Shown here: positions 55,801-64,000 of the stretch, piece after piece
How positions within the stretch are numbered: position 1 is the stretch's first letter
How the letters are laid out: the number at the start of each line of letters is the position of its first letter
Assembly: GCA_964016885.1 (NCBI GenBank)
Contig: OZ024743.1
Span: 197,532,001 to 197,596,000, forward strand
Length of the DNA: 64,000 nt
Direction of reading: 5' to 3'
DNA from: Eledone cirrhosa
Taxonomy: Eukaryota
Made by a program: the position numbers and the translations under genes
Notes under the pieces: model-generated
Seen by the model: only the letters and a program-made list of their open reading frames with translations
What the model was told of the DNA's origin: nothing
Databases searched by the model: none

Positions 55801-58420
55801 GTTAGCGATGTTATTGTTCTAAGTATTGTTGATAGTGTTGTTATTGTTGTAAGTATTGTTGATAGTGATCTTATTGTTGTAAGTATTGTTGATAGTGTTG
55901 TTATTGTTGTAAGTATTGTTGATAGTGATCTTATTATTGTAAGTATTGTTGATAGTGTTGTTATTGTTGTAAGTATTGTTGATAGTGATCTTATTATTGT
56001 AAGTATTGTTGATAGTGTTGTTATTGTTGTAAGTATTGTTGATAGTGATCTTATTGTTGTAAGTATTGTTGATAGTGTTGTTAATGTTGTAATATTGTTG
56101 TTAGTGATGTTATTGTTGTAATATTGTTGTTAGTGATGTTATTGTAGTTAGTGTTGTTGATAGTGATCTTATTGTTGTAAGTATTGTTGATAGTGTTGTT
56201 ATTGTTGTAAGTATTGTTGATAGTGTTGTTATTGTTGTAAGTATTGTTGATAGTGATCTTATTGTTGTAAGTATTGTTGATAGTGTTGTTATTGTTGTAA
56301 GTATTGTTGATAGTGATCTTATTGTTGTAAGTATTGTTGATAGTGTTGTTATTGTTGTAATATTGTTGTTAGTGATGTTATTGTTGTAATATTGTTGTTA
56401 GTGATGTTATTGTAGTTAGTGTTGTTGATAGTGATCTTATTGTTGTAAGTATTGTTGATAGTGTTGTTATTGTTGTAAGTATTGTTGATAGTGATCTTAT
56501 TGTTGTAAGTATTGTTGATAGTGTTGTTATTGTTGTAAGTATTGTTGATAGTGTTGTTATTGTTGTAAGTATTGTTGATAGTGTTGTTATTGTTGTAAGT
56601 ATTGTTGATAGTGATCTTATTGTTGTAAGTATTGTTGATAGTGTTGTTATTGTTGTAAGTATTGTTGATAGTGATCTTATTGTTGTAAGTATTGTTGATG
56701 GTGTTGATATTGTTGTAAGTATTGTTGATAGTGATCTTATTGTTGTAAGTATTGTTGATAGTGTTGTTATTGTTGTAAGTATTGTTGATAGTGATCTTAT
56801 TGTTGTAAGTATTGTTGATAGTGTTGTTATTGTTGTAAGTATTGTTGATAGTGGTCTTATTGTTGTAAGTATTGTTGATAGTGTTGTTATTGTTGTAAGT
56901 ATTGTTGATAGTGATCTTATTGTTGTAAGTATTGTTGATAGTGTTGTTATTGTTGTAAGTATTGTTGATAGTGATCTTATTGTTGTAAGTATTGTTGATA
57001 GTGATGTTATTGTTGTAAGTATTCTTGATAGTGTTGTTATTGTTGCAAGTATTGTTGATACTGATCTTATTGTTGTAAGTATTGTTGATAGTGTTGTTAT
57101 TGTTGTAAGTATTGTTGATAGTGATCTTATTGTTGTAAGTATTGTTGATAGTGTTGTTATTGTTGTAAGTATTGTTGATAGTGATCTTATTGTTGTAAGT
57201 ATTGTTGATAGTGTTGTTATTGTTGTAAGTATTGTTGATAGTGATCTTATTGTTGTAAGTATTGTTGATAGTGTTGTTATTGTTGTAAGTATTGTTGATA
57301 GTGATATTATTGTTGTAAGTATTGTTGATAGTGATCTTACTGTTGTAAGTATTGTTGATAGTGTTGTTATTGTTGTAAGTATTGTTGATAGTGATCTTAT
57401 TGTTGTAAGCATTGTTGATAGTGATGTTATTGTTGTAAGTATTGTTGATAGTGTTGTTATTGTTGTAAGTATTGTTGATAGTGATCTTATTGTTGTAAGT
57501 ATTGTTGATAGTGATCTTATTGTTGTAAGTATTGTTGATAGTGTTGTTATTGTTGTAAGTATTGTTGATAGTGATCTTATTGTTGTAAGTATTGTTGATA
57601 GTGTTGTTATTGTTGTAAGTACTGTTGATAGTGTTGTTATTGTTGTAAGTATTGTTGATAGTGTTGTTATTGTTGTAAGTATTGTTGATAGTGATCTTAT
57701 TGTTGTAAGTATTGTTGATAGTGTTGTTATTGTTGTAAGTATTGTTGATAGTGATCTTATTGTTGTAAGTATTGTTGATAGTGTTGTTATTGTTGTAAGT
57801 ATTGTTGATAGTGATCTTATTGTTGTAAGTATTGTTGATAGTGTTGTTATTGTTGTAAGTATTGTTGATAGTGATCTTATTGTTGTAAGTATTGTTGATA
57901 GTGTTGTTATTGTTGTAAATACTGTTGATAGTGTTGTTATTGTTGTAAGTATTGTTGATAGTGTTGTTATTGTTGTAAGTATTGTTGATAGTGATCTTAT
58001 TGTTGTAAGTATTGTTGATAGTGTTGTTATTGTTGTAAGTATTGTTGATAGTGTTGTTATTGTAGTTAGTGTTGTTGTTAGTGATCTTATTGTTGTAAGT
58101 ATTGTTGATAGTGATCTTATTGTTGTAAGCATTGTTGATAGTGATCTTATTGTTGTAAGTATTGTTGATAGTGATCTTATTGTTGTAAGTATTGTTGATA
58201 GTGTTGTTATTGTTGTAATATTGTTGATAGTGTTGTTATTGTTGTAAGTATTGTTGTTAGTGTTGTTATTGTTGTAATATTGTTGATAGTGATGTTATTG
58301 TAGTTAGTGTTGTTGTTAGTTATGTTATTGTTGTAAGTATTGTTGATAGTGATCTTATTGTAGTTAGTGTTGTTGTTGATAGCGTTGTTATTATTGATTT
58401 ATTGAAAGTATTGTTGTCGT
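46860..58420. repeat. ~11.5-kb 30-bp satellite gtaagtattgttgatagtg(atc/ttg)ttattgtt with higher-order repeats
   Basis: Two major 30-bp variants, a 29-bp variant, a recurrent ggtgtcagc marker and degenerate edges. Confidence 0.97.
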
Positions 58421-58467
58421 GGTGGTAAACACTGTTTCTAGTGCTATTGTTGTTACTAGCACTGTTA

Positions 58468-58600
58468 ATAATTGTTTCTACTTTTGATACAAGGCCAGCA
58501 AATACCCAGTACATTACTGGTACTTTATTCTATCGACTCCGTAAGGATGAAAGGTCAAGTTAACCTCGGTAGGACTTGAACTCAGATCGTAAAGGGACGT
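58468..58600 (-). mobile_element. SINE family A, 5'-truncated, with a 19-bp TSD tactagcactgttaataat
   Basis: Duplication at 58454 and 58600. Confidence 0.85.
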
Positions 58601-58988
58601 ACTAGCACTGTTAATAATGCTGTTGCTTTTAGTACAGTTGATAGTGCTGTTATTGTTCTTAGTACTATTGTTTAGTAATGATGATAGTGTTGTTGTTAGT
58701 ACTGTTGACAGTACTAATAACAACATCCAAGCAACAAACTTGAATTCGATTTCCATTTATGAATAAATAATTTCGCTGTTTTTAGTCTGGGAATTTCTTT
58801 CTTTTTCATCCTACAAGAGTCCACGTGGCTATCAATAAAACATATTTGTTTATTTGGAAATGTTACCCTGACTCCTCCATACACCTTGCTATATATAGAT
58901 TTGCCAACCTCTAAAAACCCAAACAGGGAGTACCATGAAAATAGGTGCCTCAAAACGGGGAGAATGAGGCAACATTGGGAGATTTTAC

Positions 58989-59086
58989 ATAATTGTTTCT
59001 ACTTTTGGCACAAGGCCAGCAATTACCCAGTGTATTACTGGTACTTTATTTTATCGACCCCGTAAGGATGAAAGGCAAAGTTAACT
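58989..59086 (-). mobile_element. SINE family A, 3' half
   Basis: Match to the family consensus. Confidence 0.85.
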
Positions 59087-59279
59087 TAATGAAAGCTATA
59101 CCCATTTTCATAAGAGAAGACATCTCTCTTCCACCCCAAAGTGGGTAGGAGATCTCCCCGTCCGACGGGGATAGTTGACAGGTCTGTTGCTATGAACTCT
59201 TATATCAGTATCAGAGCTGAGTGACCTCACTTCATGATAAGGATTCATATCTTTTTCTAAATCAGTTAAGGGCAGCATG

Positions 59280-59540
59280 GGCTGGGCACTCGTGACTGAC
59301 TGGCCATAGGTTTGCTAAGGTACGGCCCAATCTGGGGAAGTATGTTTTGTGGCTCCGCCCATGTATGCTAATTTCACCTCTCCATGATGATGTTCCAGGG
59401 AAAGGAAAAGACCGATACAGCTTAGAACCAGTCTTTTCGGAACTCATTTTCCCCAGGTAAGTGCATTGGAGCATCATGAAATTAATTGTCCTGCTCAAGG
59501 ACACAAAATCCCACCCGGTCAGAGAATAGAGTTCACTATG
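59280..59540 (-). mobile_element. Degenerate CORE-type SINE
   Basis: gtcctgctcaaggacacaa..ccacccggtc is the reverse complement of the CORE-like block. Confidence 0.55.
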
Positions 59541-59689
59541 TCACTCGCCTTCAGAAAGACACGTGTGATAGCTAAATATTTATAATCTCATTTTTTTTTT
59601 TTTATGATTGACTTAAATTATTGGAAAAAATCATTCATAAATCAACAATAACATTTCACAATACTAACAACCAAATATATTATTAGTCA

Positions 59690-59811
59690 TTCTGAGTTCA
59701 AATCCCGCCGAGGTTAACTTTGCCTTTCATCCTTATGGGGTCGATAAAATAAAGTACCAGTAATGTACTGGATAATTGCTGGCCTTGTGCCAAAAGTAGA
59801 AACAATTATTA
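59690..59811 (+). mobile_element. SINE family A, 5'-truncated
   Basis: Match to the family consensus. Confidence 0.9.
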
Positions 59812-60107
59812 GTAACACTCTCTTCAAATTATTTTATTATTCTTTTGAAGAAATAATACAAAGTTTATAGAATTTTAAGTGTGTTTAGAGTAGATATTTT
59901 GTAATGGAAAGAGATGCCAACTTCACTGTGTTGTACTTGGTTTTGTTATATTTTCAAGATGGCAGGTATCGTGTTGAAGAGTTTACAAGAAATAAATTTA
60001 ATTACTATGTGACTGTTGGCCGTTAAAAATCTTTCAATAGTATCTTTAAATAATTTATCTTTATCGTTATAAATCAGATTCATTGGTGTATTTACATGAA
60101 CTGAATG

Positions 60108-60160
<53 letters not shown>

Positions 60161-60246
60161 CGTGTGTATATATATATAAATACTTATATAAATATGTATA
60201 TATATATGTATATATGTATATATGTATATATGTGTGTGTATTTATG

Positions 60247-60321
<75 letters not shown>

Positions 60322-61315
60322 ATATATATATATGTGTGTGTATATAGGGGGGGTATGTGTCTACGGGAATGTATATATCTATACCTATATCTATCTATTC
60401 GTGCGTGTGCACACACACACACACACACATATATATATGCATACATACATACGCATACATATATTTATATGACATCAATCAAGTGCTTATTTTTATTTAT
60501 GAGTGGTGAATCTTGTCTGTTTATTTAACTATTATGCCGTGTTACGAATATTGTTTCCATTATGAATCGTCAATTTTTGTGGGGAATTCTGTAAATTTTA
60601 TGTTTTGTTCATTTATGTTTTCCTATCTAGTTTTCTTTTGTGTTGCGACGTATAATGCAATTTGTGTTGTTTTATGAGGTTTTGGTACTGCGTTCGTCAA
60701 TTCTATAGATAGCATGCATTTGATTCATATTATCCACTTTATGTGTGTTTTGTGTACTATTAATAGGTTTAGTGTCTGGTGTATTTGTTGTGTTGTATTT
60801 GTAAGTGTATTGTTCTATAACTTGGTCTATTTGTTTCACAGAACAGTCATTTTAATCGTTGTTTATTTTATTCTTTTCGTTTCTTTATCTAGTGCTTCGT
60901 TGTGGAAAAGAATCCAATGGTCTTCTAACTAGGGATTTTCGTATGATATTTTGCATTTCTATGGGCATTCACTGTCTCTATCTAAGTATATGTATTTATT
61001 TGTGCCTTTGTTGTAAACAGATTTAATTTATCCGTTGTTTTCAAAATGATGTTTTACCTGTATTTATAGTAATAGTATTTATAATGATAGTATTATGATG
61101 TTGAATTTCAGTGCAGAGTTGCTTACAGTATCTCTTTCTTCATTTTGCGTTCAGGAGTAAAGAAGTGTTATACTCAAACTGACCCGTATAAAATGAAATG
61201 AGAAAACACTAAGCATAACCTTGTTATTGAGGATTGGTTTACCAAACGTTTACAGTTACACAACCATGAACAACGTTTGCGATTTAAGAAATTGTGTTGA
61301 ATTAATAGACATTTA

Positions 61316-61898
61316 CTCACGGGTCCCAAATAATACGGGTAGTCAGAATAAGCGGGAGGGTTGGACATTTGCTTAAATTCTTATAAGCGATAGGTTGGGA
61401 AATTGGTAATTGTATAGTGTACGTTCCTAAATATGGGATTTCTTGCAATGTTCTTTTTTTGTCATGAATGTAAAATAAAATTATTATTAGATTCTCCATT
61501 TATTAGATTCTCCATTATTAGATTAGGGCGGTGGATTGGCAGTGTCGGTAGAGAGTCTGACGCCATGCTTTGTAACAAAGAGTAACGGCTTTTTATGGTC
61601 TGAGTTCAAATCCCGCCTAGGTTAACTTTGCCTTTCATCCTTACGGGGTCGATAAAATAAAGCACCAGTAATACACTGGGATAATTGCTGGCCTTGTGCC
61701 AAAAGTAGAAACAATTATTAGATTCTCCAGTTGCTGTATCGATATGAATCACTTACAATAAAATTTCATCGGAGATAGATTTGCAAAATTGAATAAGCGA
61801 GGGGTGGGGCGGAATAAAAGCGGGGAGAGGGAGAGCGTAAGAGAAAATCTGAACAATTAATAAGCGTTGGGGAGGGGTGATTATTCAAGACCTGAGAG
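61316..61898. mobile_element. TA-flanked MITE (Tc1/mariner superfamily) with a nested SINE
   Basis: Imperfect TIRs ctcacgggtcccaaataat / attattcaagacctgagag and internal aataagcg repeats. Confidence 0.65.
61526..61720 (+). mobile_element. SINE family A, full length
   Basis: Consensus match; target ttattagattctcca is repeated on both sides. Confidence 0.9.
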
Positions 61899-63648
61899 TA
61901 GTTGTCGAAGAAGTCAATACTTTCTATTTACCACAGTTAAAAAACAAAAATAATAATAGTACGGCACGTAAACTCAAGGATAATGTAATAATAAGCAAGG
62001 ACAATTAGAGTTTAAAAATTTACTTTCTAGCATATTTACAACCAGCATTGATTATAATGAGTGAATGTTTCACTAAGAGGTTCTAACAAACATAGGCAGC
62101 TTGTGCCTTTTTTTGTGCAAAAATTTCCTACTGGGTTACTTATTTCCTCTGTCTACTTCTATAAAAGAAATTTATTTATGTCGCCATCTTTTTAACTGAA
62201 TATATCCCAGCCATTCTCCGGTTAATCCGGCTATTTTGCTATTCAGCTATTTTGCTTGATTTAAACATAATACAAAATGGCAAATCACCACGCACGATTT
62301 CATTGGCTGTCAATAAGTGCCATTTTTGTCTAATACGCATCGTTTGAGCCACCGATGTTTGGTCTTCGAGATTTATTTCCTTCTTGTTATTTTTCCTATA
62401 ATATTGCTACAATATCAATAGCATTAGCCACACAAGCCTAAAATCCAATAATCATCCGATTAGCTATGCCTAATATCCGATAAATCTCTGCTTTACAGAA
62501 GAAATCTATTGTATATCTCTCTAAGAAAAGGAAAAATATATTAAATCCTTACTTTTCAATGTAGCCACCTTCCTTCTCACATCAAATTTGTTTGATATGT
62601 TTTATTTTCTTACCTCCTTTGATAAATGTTTTCTGATTCTTTGTCTATTTAACCAACATATATCAGTCCCGATTTTAATCTAATAAAACGTAAAATGTAA
62701 AAGACCGAAAACACATATAAAGTAGAAAAACGAAAAAAGAAAAAAAACAACAACAAAAACAAGCAGAATGTTTTCAATGAAATTATCGAATTTCTAAATC
62801 TGTATTTAAGAAAACTATTGAACAAATACAACTTAATAGCGTTAGTTTATCAATATAAACTCAGAAAGAGGTCACAGGAACAGGTAATCTTCGATAACTG
62901 AAAGATGGTTGTCAGAGGATTCTTAAGCTGATAAAGAACGCCAAGCAAAAAAATAGTGAAAAATAATTCTTCTTGTATAAGGATTTGCTGTTTTTCTATG
63001 ATTTTTTCTTCTTTCAATAATGTTCTTATTTACATTCAAATCTAAAATCTTTCAATATTTTAAAGTCATTGTCAGTTCTTAAAGCATTATGTGTTCCTTC
63101 GACAAAACGATCTTGTCGAAAGGAATAGGATGGCAGGCGCTTAGTAAATGTTTCTCCCTCCCCTAAGTTATATCACAAAACCGTCACTAATTTTTATTCA
63201 TACATAGGAAACTACAAACCTATCGCTTGTTCTAATACGTTTTCTTCATTAAAACATCTGAACAAATAGGTTTAAGTGTGTGTGTGTGTATCTAATTTCT
63301 CAATACAAACCTTAGTTTGCAAAATTATTGACACTGAATCCTAAATAGACGGTAGTCCGTTTAGTAATATTGTTGTGGTCGTGTTTTCGTTGGCAATCGT
63401 CTGTTTACGACAGTACAGCGCGGCTCTACTTTATTTAACTGAGATAAAACTTATATGAGCATGAACAGTAGATCATTACGCATCTTTTGGCTTAAAAATC
63501 TAGAAATTTGGTCCAGCGGGAAAAAGTTTATAATCAAAGTTTGCTGATAAATCTTGTGTTCAAGTGAGTGAGTAGTAAGCGTGACGCTAGGGGAGGTAAT
63601 TACGAGGTAATTAAAAGGGGAGGTAATTACGAGTCTCTCTCTCTTTAC

Positions 63649-63773
63649 GGGGTCATCCAGAAATGACGAATTTTTTTCGGCGGAACTCTTGTGATTGTGA
63701 TTACGTTAGTCAAATATAGTCAAATCGCCGAATCCCCTCCTCCTAATTGACTACGTCATTTCTGAACGGCCCT
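63649..63773. mobile_element. PIF/Harbinger-like MITE
   Basis: TIRs ggggtcatccagaaatgacg / cgtcatttctgaacggccc. Confidence 0.55.
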
Positions 63774-64000
63774 ACTTGCGTCAGTGTGAAACATTACTTC
63801 ACTTTTCACTGCTAAAATGCTTTTTAAATACTTCGTTAAAAATTTATGTTTATTATCAAAGCTATTTTTTGTACCAATCTATCAATAGTTTGCGAAAATA
63901 TAGGTAAACATGTGAGTTAAATTTTTTTAATCGCATCGATCGCTTTGTCGCACCGACTGTGACACTGTCTGACTGTCTGTCTGACTGACACCTTTGTCGG

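Noticed and set aside
56378-58132. 584-aa Thr-rich mucin-like ORF and the similar 112-192-aa ORFs in the array
   Set aside because: They arise from a stop-free 30-bp monomer. The frame is repeatedly broken by 29-bp units and there is no signal peptide or unique domain.
62077-62490. Possible degenerate TIR transposon
   Set aside because: Terminal similarity is too weak and no clear TSD is seen.

Overview
Eukaryotic, AT-rich, repeat-saturated DNA. The SINE families and microsatellite load suggest an octopod cephalopod, which is an inference from recognition rather than a database result. No intact host gene is supportable, and almost all ORFs in the track are microsatellite or satellite artefacts. 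Supported content: (1) about 30 copies of a tRNA-derived SINE with short and long subfamilies, several in head-to-tail arrays, plus a second CORE-type SINE; (2) a 5'-truncated, frameshifted Neptune-type Penelope-like element (GIY-YIG endonuclease) with a hammerhead-like motif, a compact promoter-like cassette and a cluster of 15 mostly paired ACUAAC motifs downstream of the ORF; (3) at least six short fold-back or (TA)n-embedded elements carrying type I hammerhead-ribozyme motifs, plus a ~491-bp circularly permuted inverted repeat, all within 4.8-16.2 kb; (4) a Tx1/L1-clade LINE 3' end inserted in the TCTA-repeat 5' end of a non-autonomous Helitron, and a second Helitron; (5) CRE-like, RTE and CR1-like LINE remnants; (6) hAT, Tc1/mariner-pogo and PIF/Harbinger-type MITEs; (7) minisatellites of 43, 23, 39 and 118 bp and an ~11.5-kb 30-bp satellite with higher-order structure.
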